A DNA stretch of 49,981 bases from Alphaproteobacteria bacterium (GTDB lineage Bacteria; Pseudomonadota; Alphaproteobacteria; JAJFIK01): positions 1 to 49,981 of the forward strand of contig JANQLJ010000032.1 of NCBI GenBank assembly GCA_028280665.1. The letters are read 5' to 3'. Numbering within the stretch: the stretch's first letter is position 1; every line of letters begins with the position of its first letter. A program made the position numbers and the translations under genes. The notes below the pieces were generated by a model. The model was given only the letters and a program-made list of their open reading frames with translations, was not told the DNA's origin and made no database searches. Positions 22,754-32,265 of this stretch are shown here, in pieces.

Positions 22754-23221
22754 TTAACCCTCATCCAAGTAAGTGGTCAGCCGTTCGGCGGCGACGCGAG
22801 CGAACTTGAGGGTCAAGTTCTTGCGCCGCGCGGGCGCAAGCTTCAGCGTGGGGCTTTCCCGCACGACGGTCCCGCCATAGCCGTCGGCGATGATAAGGCC
22901 CACATCGGCGGGAATAAGCTCAGTGGGAAACTCGGCGTTCACGGCGAAGAAAAAGCGGTCGCAGTGATCGAGATATTCCGTCCACTTGTTGTCGGCGCGA
23001 AAGTCAGGGATGGAGGATTTGACCTCCGCGACGATCAGCTCGCCTTTCTTGTTGAGCCCCGCCACGTCCACCCGGCGGCCGGTAATCAGCGTCAGCTCAC
23101 AAAGGGGCGCAAAGCCGAGGTCGAGGAACAGGCGGCACACCCCGCGGGTGATCTCCGCCGTGCGGCTTTCATCGTCGGGAAGCTCGCTCTCCTCGCCGGT
23201 GTTGATGAACCTGATTGCCAT
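22754..23221 (-). CDS. mmcB: MmcB-family (DUF2161-like) PD-(D/E)xK DNA repair nuclease
   Basis: GRRVDV...EVKSS..DFRAD.KW..YL.HCDRFFFAV and GLIIAD.YG. It sits convergent to regA. Confidence 0.88.
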   Translation of the reverse strand: MAIRFINTGEESELPDDESRTAEITRGVCRLFLDLGFAPLCELTLITGRRVDVAGLNKKGELIVAEVKSSIPDFRADNKWTEYLDHCDRFFFAVNAEFPTELIPADVGLIIADGYGGTVVRESPTLKLAPARRKNLTLKFARVAAERLTTYLDEG

Positions 23222-23227
23222 GAGGGG

Positions 23228-23256
23228 AGGTTAGGCGCGTGGGCCGCATGCGGCAA
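23228..23256 (-). promoter_or_regulatory. Putative leaderless promoter of mmcB
   Basis: On the minus strand: TTGCCG-N17-TAACCT, 6 nt, then ATG. Confidence 0.65.
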
Positions 23257-23276
23257 TAACCCAGCAACAATCCAAC

Positions 23277-23305
23277 AAAAAAGGGCCCCTCAAACGGGGG
23301 CCCTT
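23277..23305 (-). terminator. Intrinsic terminator of the ferritin-like gene
   Basis: On the minus strand: GGGCCCCC GTTT GAGGGGCCC followed by TTTTTT. Confidence 0.8.
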
Positions 23306-23330
23306 CAGGAAGGTATTCCTTTAGCGCACC

Positions 23331-24461
23331 TCACTCCGCCGCGGTGGCGCGGGCATTGAGGCTGTAGGCCTCGTCCTTACCGAAGTTTACTCTTTGCAAA
23401 AAGCCAATGCCTTCCTCGGCGATGGCGTCGCCCACCATAGTGTCGCCTTCGGCGCGCAGCTCGTCCATGTTCACATAAGTGGCATAAAGATCGCGCGTGC
23501 GGTCGGTAATGATCCCGGCATTCAAAAGCGTCTTGATCAGCACCCGGAAGATATCGGTGGATTCTTCCATGCGCTTGCGGCGCTCGTCGTCGGTGGCGAC
23601 CTCCAGGAACGCAGCCATCACGTCTTCCCAGTTAAGGCCGAAGTCCGCGTAAAGCTCTTTCATCTGCTCGGGGTTTACGAGGTTAAAGAGCAGCGTTTGG
23701 AAACATTGCGCCGCCCAGTCCTCGACAATGTTGTGCTCTTCTTCGGAAAGGTGCGGCACGGTGCGGTCGGCCCAGATCTTGCCGAACTTGTGGTGGAACG
23801 CTTCGTCGGTCATCACGAGCTGCATGAGGTGCCGCATAACCGGGTCGTTCGATTCCTTAAAGAACGTGGCGAAGGCGCCCATGGCGAGCCCTTCGACCAG
23901 CATCTGCATGCCGACGATCTTTTTGTAGACCTCAGGCGCGTTCACCATTTCGGTGAGCAGGGTCTTAAGCGTTGGCCCGCACGGGAGCGGCGCGCCCCAG
24001 CGCGACTGGATGTATTTTGAAAAAGCCGTGACGTGACGGGCTTCTTCGCGGGCCTGGTTGGCGGCATATTCTTGCGCGCCCTGATCGCGGAGGATGTGAA
24101 CCAGCGAGGCGGAAAGCGCCAGCGCGCCCGCTTCGCCGTGAAGGATCGCGGAGATTTGCCAGCGCGCCACTTCGTTGATGAAGCGGGTGCGCTCCTTGCC
24201 CGAAAGGTGCTCGTCCACCAGCTTGGTTTGCAGGGCGGGGACGAAATCCTCCGGGATCAGCGGCTCGTTTTCGAGATCGAAGGACACATCGAAGTCGATG
24301 TATTTCTTATCGAGCGGGTCCCAGAAATGGTCGTGGGTGGCGGAGATGATCTTGTCGAAGGCAGTGGCGCGCCCGGCATAGCGGTCCACCTCGATCATGG
24401 CGGCGAAATCGTCGGGCGCCACCGCGTCATACATATCGTCCTTGGTGATCTGGCGGACCAT
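23331..24461 (-). CDS. Ferritin-like diiron-carboxylate enzyme (AurF-like)
   Basis: Ligand pattern E...ExxH twice: HGEAGAL, EEARH, VEGLA, DEAFH; 376 aa. Confidence 0.8.
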   Translation of the reverse strand: MVRQITKDDMYDAVAPDDFAAMIEVDRYAGRATAFDKIISATHDHFWDPLDKKYIDFDVSFDLENEPLIPEDFVPALQTKLVDEHLSGKERTRFINEVARWQISAILHGEAGALALSASLVHILRDQGAQEYAANQAREEARHVTAFSKYIQSRWGAPLPCGPTLKTLLTEMVNAPEVYKKIVGMQMLVEGLAMGAFATFFKESNDPVMRHLMQLVMTDEAFHHKFGKIWADRTVPHLSEEEHNIVEDWAAQCFQTLLFNLVNPEQMKELYADFGLNWEDVMAAFLEVATDDERRKRMEESTDIFRVLIKTLLNAGIITDRTRDLYATYVNMDELRAEGDTMVGDAIAEEGIGFLQRVNFGKDEAYSLNARATAAE

Positions 24462-24513
24462 TTCTCTCTCCTCGACAGCAAAAGTCCCAAACCCCGCCGC
24501 CCGGTTCTTACCG

Positions 24514-24595
24514 TGACGGCAGCGTCAAGTTTCCCCCAAGATATAGGGGGTAGGGCGCCCTCCACAAGAAAAAAATGACGCAGGCGTCAATTTTT
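24514..24595. promoter_or_regulatory. Two TGACG-N4-CGTCA palindromes flanking a putative promoter of the diiron gene
   Basis: Copies at 24514-24527 and 24576-24589, the second extended by A/T arms. Between them the minus strand reads CTTGTG-N16-CTATAT. Confidence 0.65.
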
Positions 24596-25043
24596 AACAC
24601 TGCCCTCCCATGATCATGATACGCAACAATCGTGCATGGTTATGCGGTCCTTAAAACACACGGGTTACGTTAATGACGAAAGTCGCAAGATTTCTACTGG
24701 ATCGCCGGGGCAGGACCGGTATCTTGCGAGGGTGGCTGGCCGCCGCTTGGAGGAGGGCGCCGGCTGGTGTTTGGTTTCGCTCGGGGGATGATCTGACAGA
24801 TTATCACCCGTCTTTGCGGGGTCTGAGCAGGGCCTGAAACGGGCCAGAGTAAAGGGCGTGCGGGGCTGAGGGGCCGCCGCGCCCGCCAAAAAGGGGAGGC
24901 AAGCACCCGGGCCGGCGGCAGCGCCGGCATGCGGGGGCACCCTCTTCTTTGACATTTGTGGGGTTCACCGGCGCATAGGGCTTCTATATGCGTTTGCGGG
25001 GTGGGGGCGGCGCAAGACGCTCCGTACAAGGACGGATTAAGGC

Positions 25044-27887
25044 ATGATCAAGTTTCTCGAAAACGTAGTCTTCGCGCTGCGCTTTCCGATTTTGATAGGC
25101 TTCGCCATCGTTACGGTCATCACCGCCACCTGGGCGGTGCAGTTGCGCCTCGATGCGGGCTTCGACAAGCAGCTTCCCCAAGGCCACGAATACATTCAGA
25201 CCTTCCAGGAATACCGCGACCGGCTGTTCGGCTCGAACCGGGTCATCGTCGTGGTGCGCAGCCGCGAAGAGGGCGGTATTTTCACGCCGTCATTCATGAC
25301 CCGACTCAAGGAAGTCACGGACGATGTGTTCTTCCTGCCCGGCGTCGACCGCCGCACGGTGACCTCGCTCTGGACCCCCAATACGCGCTATTTCGAGATC
25401 ACCGAGGAAGGCTTTCGCGCCGATGACGTGATCCCCGGCACGGTGACGCCGAGAACCCTCAACGACCGCAATCTCGAACAGATCCGCAATAACGTGATCC
25501 GCGGCGGTTATGTGGGCCGGCTCGTCTCGAACGACTTCAACTCGGCCATGATCGTCGCCGAGCTTGTGGAACTGGACCCGGCAACCAGCCAGCCGCTCGA
25601 CTATTTCGATCTGGCCGCGCGGCTCGAGCGTGACATCCGCTGCCGCAACTTTTTCACCGTGACCCTCGATGCGCCCAACCGCCAGATGGAACGGCGCATC
25701 GGCCAATCGAACACCTCTTTCATATTCAAGCCCGCACAGTTCTCGGCAATCGTCAGTGGAGACCTGCCGCTCGACCGGTTTGCGGGTCTTCAAAGCGGCG
25801 ACTGCGAGCCGGCGCTTGAGTACCCGGATCAGAACTTCACGGTTGTCGTGGCCGAAGGCGGCCTAGAGGACGCGGTTTTTGAAATCCGTGAAGGCGATGC
25901 GGACGGCCGCGTGGTGGGCCGGTTCAGCCCGATCTACATTGCCGCCGAGCGCGAGCTTGAAGATGGTTGGTACACGGTCCAATCGGGCGGCGTTCAGGTG
26001 CTCAATGAACGGGGCCGCCAGGCGCTCGCCGAAGAACAAGGCCTGACCTACGGCGCGGACGAGCTGCCGGTCGGTGTCTTCGTCGTGGCGCGTGAGGGCG
26101 AAGCGCCCTTTGAAGTGGGCGATAGCTTCGGGGTAACAGTTGAGCGCGCCCCTATCGACATTCACATTATCGGTTTTGCCAAAGTGATTGGCGACATCGC
26201 GGACGGCGCGGCCGGTGTGATCGTCTTTTTCATCCTTGCCTTTATTATCACCGCGTTTCTTGTCTATCTCTATTCCCAGTCGCTTATCCTGACCCTGGTG
26301 CCGCTGGGGTGCTCGCTGGTTTCACTCATTTGGCAGTTCGGCGCGCTGCATGTGTTGGGGCTCGGCCTCGACCCCCTTGCCATTTTGGTGCCGTTCCTCG
26401 TCTTCGCCATTGGGGTTTCTCACGGGGTGCAGCAGATCAATCTGATCAGCCGCGAGATCGAGAACGGTATGAGCGCCATGCAAGCCTCGCGCTCCTCGTT
26501 CAGCGGGCTTTTGGTGCCCGGCTCTATGGCGCTGATCACCGACCTTGTGGGCTTTATCACGCTCTATCTCATCCCCATTACCATGATCCGCGAGCTGGCT
26601 ATCACCGCCACCATCGGCGTTCTGTTCAAGATCTTCACGAACCTGATCATGCTGCCGCTCGTTGTTTCGTATTTTAGTTTTGGCGAAAACTACGTGGCCC
26701 GAATTACGAGAGCGCGTGATTTCCGCCGAAAGATCATGCGCGTCTTTGGTTTTGCGGCGTATCCGCCCATCGCGATCCTTATTTTTATTGGCGCGTGCTT
26801 TGTGTTCGTGAACGCAGTGGTCGCAAGTCAGGACCGCCACGTGGGCGATTTGCACGCCGGCAGCCCGGAACTGAGGCCCGAGGCCCGCTACAATGTGGAT
26901 AGCCGGCAAATCGCGGCGGACTATTCCATCGGGCTCAACTTGCTGACGGTGATCGTGGAAACGCCGAGCGAAGCCTGCATCAACTACGAGCCTATGAGCT
27001 ACCTGAACCAGTTCTCCTGGGCCATGACCAATGTGGAGGGGGTCTTGTCGGTGGCCTCGCTGCCTTTTGCCGCCAAGCGCTCGAACGCGGGCTGGAACGA
27101 AGGCAACCTCAAATGGACGGCGCTGCCGCGCAACCGCTTTGCCCTTGTTCAGGCGACCGCGCCTATCCCCACATCGACGGGTCTTTTGAACGCTAACTGC
27201 TCCTTGCTCCCGGTACAGATTTTCACCGAGGACAGCCGCGCGACCACCATCTCGACCGTGGTGCACGCGGTGGAAGAATGGCGCGACGCGCACCCGAACG
27301 AGGACGTGAACATTCGCCTTGCGTCGGGCAATGTGGGCGTTGCCGCGGCCACCAACGAGACCGTGGAACAGGCGGAGCTGCCCATGATCCTCGCGGTCTA
27401 TGCGGTGATCATCCTTATGGTGATTGCCACCTACCGCGACTGGCGCGCGACCATTGCGTGCTGCGTGCCGCTGACGGTCGCCACGTTCATCGGCTACTGG
27501 TTCATGAAGGAAATCGGCATCGGGCTTAAAGTCTCGACACTGCCGGTGATCGTGCTCGCGGTGGGCCTTGGGGTGGACTACGCGTTCTATATTTATAACC
27601 GCGTTCAGTTCCACCTTTCCCAAGGGATCAACATCACCCAGTCCTATCAACTCACCATGTACGAAACCGGCATGGCCGTGGTGTTCGTGGCGCTGACCAT
27701 GGCCATGGGGGTTTCTACCTGGGTCTTCTCCGCGCTCAAGTTCCAGGCGGACATGGGGCTCTTGCTCTTCTTTATGTTCATGACCAACATGATCATGGCG
27801 GTGACGGTGTTGCCGGCGATTGCCGTTATTCTCGATCTTCTGTTCAAGCGGACCAAACCCGTCCGCGCGCCCGCGGGCGGGCACTAG
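25044..27887 (+). CDS. MMPL/RND family transporter with a periplasmic insertion
   Basis: Two-repeat 1+5 TM architecture; AIGVSHGVQ and GLGVDYAFY motifs; 947 aa. Confidence 0.9.
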   Translation: MIKFLENVVFALRFPILIGFAIVTVITATWAVQLRLDAGFDKQLPQGHEYIQTFQEYRDRLFGSNRVIVVVRSREEGGIFTPSFMTRLKEVTDDVFFLPGVDRRTVTSLWTPNTRYFEITEEGFRADDVIPGTVTPRTLNDRNLEQIRNNVIRGGYVGRLVSNDFNSAMIVAELVELDPATSQPLDYFDLAARLERDIRCRNFFTVTLDAPNRQMERRIGQSNTSFIFKPAQFSAIVSGDLPLDRFAGLQSGDCEPALEYPDQNFTVVVAEGGLEDAVFEIREGDADGRVVGRFSPIYIAAERELEDGWYTVQSGGVQVLNERGRQALAEEQGLTYGADELPVGVFVVAREGEAPFEVGDSFGVTVERAPIDIHIIGFAKVIGDIADGAAGVIVFFILAFIITAFLVYLYSQSLILTLVPLGCSLVSLIWQFGALHVLGLGLDPLAILVPFLVFAIGVSHGVQQINLISREIENGMSAMQASRSSFSGLLVPGSMALITDLVGFITLYLIPITMIRELAITATIGVLFKIFTNLIMLPLVVSYFSFGENYVARITRARDFRRKIMRVFGFAAYPPIAILIFIGACFVFVNAVVASQDRHVGDLHAGSPELRPEARYNVDSRQIAADYSIGLNLLTVIVETPSEACINYEPMSYLNQFSWAMTNVEGVLSVASLPFAAKRSNAGWNEGNLKWTALPRNRFALVQATAPIPTSTGLLNANCSLLPVQIFTEDSRATTISTVVHAVEEWRDAHPNEDVNIRLASGNVGVAAATNETVEQAELPMILAVYAVIILMVIATYRDWRATIACCVPLTVATFIGYWFMKEIGIGLKVSTLPVIVLAVGLGVDYAFYIYNRVQFHLSQGINITQSYQLTMYETGMAVVFVALTMAMGVSTWVFSALKFQADMGLLLFFMFMTNMIMAVTVLPAIAVILDLLFKRTKPVRAPAGGH

Positions 27888-27996
27888 GTCTCCCGCCGGT
27901 GGCGTGATCCGGGGCGTCCGCTCCCCGCGCTTTTCAAATGGGCCGGTCCGTGCCAATCTCCGTGCCGGGTTCATTAACTTGCCTGGAGGGGCAGAT

Positions 27997-28476
27997 ATGC
28001 TCGGCAGACTCTTCGGATGGCTCAAAGGTGCGGAACCTGCGGCGCCGCCGACCCCCGACATCGACTTTTCCAAGAAGGAAGTTTCGGCCGCCGCCTTACT
28101 GGTCGAATCCTCGCGTCTTGATACGAATTTCGACGAGACCGAAAAAAACACTATCGAGCGTTTAGTGCGCGACAAGTTCAAACTAAGCGGCGACGACGCG
28201 CGCAAGCTTCTGGATTATGCCGCCACGCGGCAGGGCCAGGTCTATTCCGACTGGGTTTTTACCGAAACCGTGCGCAAGGAGTTTTCCCTTAATGAGCGGG
28301 AAGACATTGTCGGCATGCTGTGGGAAGTGGCGTATGCGGACGGAACGCTGCACCGCTTCGAGGCGCACATGATCCACCGGGTGGCGGACGAGCTGGGCGT
28401 CGGCAAGAAGGCGCTTGAAAAACAGCGTCAGGCCGCCCTCAAACGCCTCAAGATGGACGATCCTACAAAGAACTAA
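27997..28476 (+). CDS. TerB-family protein
   Basis: AAALLVE..R.D....E.E and LWEVAYADG....E...I.RVA.LG; GGAGG lies upstream. Confidence 0.85.
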   Translation: MLGRLFGWLKGAEPAAPPTPDIDFSKKEVSAAALLVESSRLDTNFDETEKNTIERLVRDKFKLSGDDARKLLDYAATRQGQVYSDWVFTETVRKEFSLNEREDIVGMLWEVAYADGTLHRFEAHMIHRVADELGVGKKALEKQRQAALKRLKMDDPTKN

Positions 28477-29111
28477 CGCAATCCGAGACCGGTAAGTTTT
28501 TCGAGGTCCTCAATCGCCTGATCGGCATTGAGGACCTTTATTGTGTGCATCCCCAGGGCCCGCGCGGGCTTGCAGTTAATGCCGAGATCGTCGAGGTAGG
28601 CACAAGCGCCGGGCGAAACCGACAGCGCCTCGCACATCATCTCATAAATGCGCGGGTCGGGCTTGCGCAAGCCCACCTTCGAGCTTTCGATCACATGATC
28701 GAACACCCCCATCACGGGATGGATGCCGCGGTCGCCCTCTTCCCAGAAGTTAGCGCCATCTGAAGGCTTTACGTTGTTGGTGATGCAGCCGTTCTTGAAC
28801 CGGGCTTTGCAGCGCTCAAGCGCGCGCACCATTTGGGGCCGCAAATCGCCATGCAATAGCGCGATGACGTCGCGTCCCGGCACATCAAATCCTTTTGCGC
28901 GCGCTTCGGCGGCAAAGGCGGCATCGAATTCATCGGGCGAGAGTTCGGTGCGCTCGAACCTAGCCCAGGCATTGGTGTCGGAGTTTTCTGCATTGAGCGC
29001 GCGGATGAAATCCCGCGGCAGCCCGTTCGCTTCTTCATAGCGGTTGAACGCCTCGAACGGCGAGGTGGTGAAGACACCGCCGAAATCCCAAATCACCGCT
29101 TCGATTGCCAT
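28473..29111 (-). CDS. HAD-IA hydrolase resembling the epoxide hydrolase/ACAD10 N-terminal phosphatase domain
   Basis: AVIWDFGGV, CITNN, RKPDPRIY and YLDDLGINC. Confidence 0.9.
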   Translation of the reverse strand: MAIEAVIWDFGGVFTTSPFEAFNRYEEANGLPRDFIRALNAENSDTNAWARFERTELSPDEFDAAFAAEARAKGFDVPGRDVIALLHGDLRPQMVRALERCKARFKNGCITNNVKPSDGANFWEEGDRGIHPVMGVFDHVIESSKVGLRKPDPRIYEMMCEALSVSPGACAYLDDLGINCKPARALGMHTIKVLNADQAIEDLEKLTGLGLR

Positions 29112-29215
29112 ATGCTTTCCTTGTCTTGGACGAATGAATAAGCTCACCTCCTGTCTCAGAACGCAAGAGCTTCGCTTCCAACACCGCCGCCAACATCGCC
29201 ATCAAGGAGAAATCA

Positions 29216-29773
29216 ATGGCCCTCTTTCCATCGCTGCCGGACATCCCGCACCTTGCGGATGTTTTCACGCGCTTTCCCAAAGGCCTCGCCCCCTTGCTGG
29301 CGCTCCATGATGCGTTGTTGCGCGAGGACGGCGAGTTAACAGTGGCGGAGCGCGAACTGATTGCGGCGTTCGTGTCGGGGCTCAACCAGTGCAAGTTCTG
29401 CGCGGCGAGCCATGATCTCATTGCCCGCTCCTATGGCGTCAAGGAAGAGCAATTGGTAGCGCTTCATGAAGACCTTGAGAGCGCCGGTGTTGACCCCAAG
29501 CTCAAGCCGCTCCTGGCTTACGTCAAAAAACTCACCGAGGTTCCCGTCAAGCTCGTCTCGGCCGACGCACAAGCCGTCTTCAAGGCAGGCTGGTCCGAAG
29601 AGGCACTTTACGATGCGGTGGCGATCTGTGCGCTCTTTAACTTCATGAACCGGATTGTCGAAGGGACCGGTGTTATTCCGGGCCAGGAGTATTTCAATGT
29701 GACCGACGAGGCCCTCGCAAGCCGCGACAAATACACCTATGTGGAATGGGCTAAGGGGCGGGGGCTGATCTAG
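29216..29773 (+). CDS. AhpD/carboxymuconolactone decarboxylase family peroxidase-related protein
   Basis: ERELIAAFVSGLNQCKFCAASH (CxxC..H) and FNFMNR; AAGGAG RBS. Confidence 0.9.
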   Translation: MALFPSLPDIPHLADVFTRFPKGLAPLLALHDALLREDGELTVAERELIAAFVSGLNQCKFCAASHDLIARSYGVKEEQLVALHEDLESAGVDPKLKPLLAYVKKLTEVPVKLVSADAQAVFKAGWSEEALYDAVAICALFNFMNRIVEGTGVIPGQEYFNVTDEALASRDKYTYVEWAKGRGLI

Positions 29774-29786
29774 TTAAGGGGCTCGT

Positions 29787-31070
29787 CTAAGCAAACCCAA
29801 CCTCCCGCGCCCAGGCGGCGGTGACCTCCACCATGGCGCGCGTAAGGGTGCCCAGGTCGTCTTTTTCGATCACATAAGGCGGGGTCGTATAGATGATATC
29901 GCGGAAGGGCCGCACCCAGACGCCGGCCTCGACAAAGCGGCGCTTCAAGTCATCAAGCGCGCGCATTTCCTCCACCTGGATCACGCCGATGGCGCCGCGG
30001 ACCCGCACATCCTGAACGCCCGGTATGTCGCGCGCGGGGGCGAGGCCGCCGCGCAATCCCGCTTCGATGGCGCGCACCTGGTCGAGCCGCGGCTCATCTT
30101 CAAAGAGATCGAGCGAGGCGTTCGCCGCCGCGCAGGCAAGCGCGTTCCCCATATAGGTGGGTCCATGCATCAGCGCGTCTTCAGGATCGTCTGTGTAGAA
30201 CGCATCGAACACATGTTCGCAGGCGATGGTCGCGGCAAGGGGCAAGGTGCCGCCGGTAAGCGCTTTCGACAGCGTCACAATATCGGGGACAACGCCCGCC
30301 GCCTCGCAAGCGAACATGTGGCCGAGCCGGCCGAGCCCTACGAAGATTTCATCGGCGATGAGCAGCACTCCATGGCTGTCGCAAGCCTCGCGGATGCGGC
30401 GCAGGGTTTCCACATCGTGAAACACCATGCCGCCTGCGCCCTGGACCAGCGGCTCGGTCACCACCGCGGCGATGTTGCGTCCGTGTATCTCAAGCGCTTT
30501 CTCGAAAGCCGCGCATTTCTCGCCGTCCGTGGGCAAATCGACGACGATCTGTTTGGGGAGAACGCCGGTGAAGAGCGAATGCATGCCTTCTTCCGGATCG
30601 CACACGGACATGGTCATGAAGGTGTCGCCGTGATAGCCGCCGGTGAAGGACAGGAACCTTGTGCGCCGCTCGCCCTTGTTGAGCCAGTACTGCACTGCCA
30701 TCTTCATGGCGATTTCCACCGAAACCGATCCGGATTCGGAATAAAAAACGCGGGAAAGATCGCCGGGCAAAAGCGCGGCAAGGCGCTCGCCAAGCCGATA
30801 GGCTTGTTTATGGGCGAGCCCGCCCAGCATCACATGAGGCAGGTCTTCAAGCTGCGCCTTTACCGCCGCTTCAATATGCGGATGGCAGTAGCCATGCACC
30901 GCGGTCCACCAGCTCGATATGCCGTCGATCAGCTCGCGCCCGTCCGCGAGGGTCAGCCGCACGCCTTCGGCGTGGGTCACGGGAAGCGGCGCGGGCACGG
31001 TCTTCATCTGGGTGTAAGGAAGCCAGATGTGGCGGAGCCCGCCGGCGAGCCATGGAGGGCCGTCCGTCAT
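29787..31070 (-). CDS. bioA: Adenosylmethionine-8-amino-7-oxononanoate aminotransferase
   Basis: [37 protein letters not shown] Lys in LSKALTGG and HGPTYMGN. Confidence 0.96.
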   Translation of the reverse strand: MTDGPPWLAGGLRHIWLPYTQMKTVPAPLPVTHAEGVRLTLADGRELIDGISSWWTAVHGYCHPHIEAAVKAQLEDLPHVMLGGLAHKQAYRLGERLAALLPGDLSRVFYSESGSVSVEIAMKMAVQYWLNKGERRTRFLSFTGGYHGDTFMTMSVCDPEEGMHSLFTGVLPKQIVVDLPTDGEKCAAFEKALEIHGRNIAAVVTEPLVQGAGGMVFHDVETLRRIREACDSHGVLLIADEIFVGLGRLGHMFACEAAGVVPDIVTLSKALTGGTLPLAATIACEHVFDAFYTDDPEDALMHGPTYMGNALACAAANASLDLFEDEPRLDQVRAIEAGLRGGLAPARDIPGVQDVRVRGAIGVIQVEEMRALDDLKRRFVEAGVWVRPFRDIIYTTPPYVIEKDDLGTLTRAMVEVTAAWAREVGFA

Positions 31071-32071
31071 TCTGCCGCTTGGCTTTGCCTTTGCGTGGGT
31101 GCCATGGGCTTGATGCCGAGCCGCGCGAACAGCCCTTCATCGTGTTCTTGCCCAGGATTGGCGGTGGTGAGCAGCTTGTCGCCCACGAAAATCGAGTTGG
31201 CCCCGGCAAGGAAGCAAAGCGCTTGCGTCTCGTCGCTCATGTTCTCGCGCCCCGCCGAAAGCCGCACCACGGATTGGGGCATCATCAGCCGCGCCACCGC
31301 GATCATGCGGACAAAATCGAGCGGGTCGGGCGCTTCGGGCCGGCCCAGCGGCGTGCCGGTGGTGGGCATCAGTGCGTTGATGGGAACGCTTTCGGGATGC
31401 GCGGGCAGGTTCGCGAGCGCGAGCAGGAAGCCTGCGCGGTCGCCCTCTTCCTCGCCCATGCCGACGATGCCGCCGCAGCACACGTTGATCCCGGCATTGC
31501 GCACCCGCTCAAGCGTGTCGAGCCGGTCCTGAAACGTCCGTGTAGTGATGACTTTGTCGTAGTACTCAGGCGAGGTGTCGATGTTGTGGTTGTAGTAATC
31601 GAGGCCTGCGTCGGCGAGTGCGGCGGTTTGCTCGTCGGTCAGCATGCCCAAGGTCATGCAGGTCTCGAGCCCCAGGGCTTTGACCTCGCGCACCATGTGG
31701 GTAAGGGCGGGGATATCGCGGTCCTTGGGCTCGCGCCAGGCGGCCCCCATGCAAAAGCGCGAAGCGCCCCCTTCCTTGGCGGCACGGGCGCTGGCCACAA
31801 CCTCATCCACCTCCATCAGCTTGGTGGCCTTAAGTCCGGTGTCGAACTTGGCCGACTGATTGCAATAGCCGCAATCTTCTGGGCAGCCGCCGGTCTTGAT
31901 GGAAAGAAGCTGGGAGAATTGCACTTCGTTGGCGTCGAAATGGCGCCGGTGGACGGTCTGGGCCGCGAAAATGAGGTCCGCGAACGGCGCGTCAAAAAGC
32001 GCCTCGACCTCGCCGCGGGTCCAGTCATGGCGCACGGTGCCTTTGAGGATTGTGCTGGAAATCGGGGGCAT
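31067..32071 (-). CDS. bioB: Biotin synthase
   Basis: Radical [25 protein letters not shown] and GANSIF. Confidence 0.98.
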   Translation of the reverse strand: MPPISSTILKGTVRHDWTRGEVEALFDAPFADLIFAAQTVHRRHFDANEVQFSQLLSIKTGGCPEDCGYCNQSAKFDTGLKATKLMEVDEVVASARAAKEGGASRFCMGAAWREPKDRDIPALTHMVREVKALGLETCMTLGMLTDEQTAALADAGLDYYNHNIDTSPEYYDKVITTRTFQDRLDTLERVRNAGINVCCGGIVGMGEEEGDRAGFLLALANLPAHPESVPINALMPTTGTPLGRPEAPDPLDFVRMIAVARLMMPQSVVRLSAGRENMSDETQALCFLAGANSIFVGDKLLTTANPGQEHDEGLFARLGIKPMAPTQRQSQAAE

Positions 32072-32265
32072 GGGAGAAGACCTGAATTGCTGAACTTAGC
32101 TTCGCGAGTGTCTGCGGCACGGGCGCACGGGTCAAGGCCCAGCGGCCCCAAGCCTTGACCTTCGCCGCACAGCATTAGATGTTGGGGGGCTAGGAAGCGC
32201 CCGGGAAGCGGAAGGCCTGGGCGCCCAATGGGGCCCACAGACAGGATTGTTGGGGGAGGTTTGTT

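Noticed and set aside
25641-26153. Intein as the explanation for the MMPL insert, which begins with Cys
   Set aside because: No terminal His-Asn followed by Cys/Ser/Thr, no block B TxxH, and the location is periplasmic.
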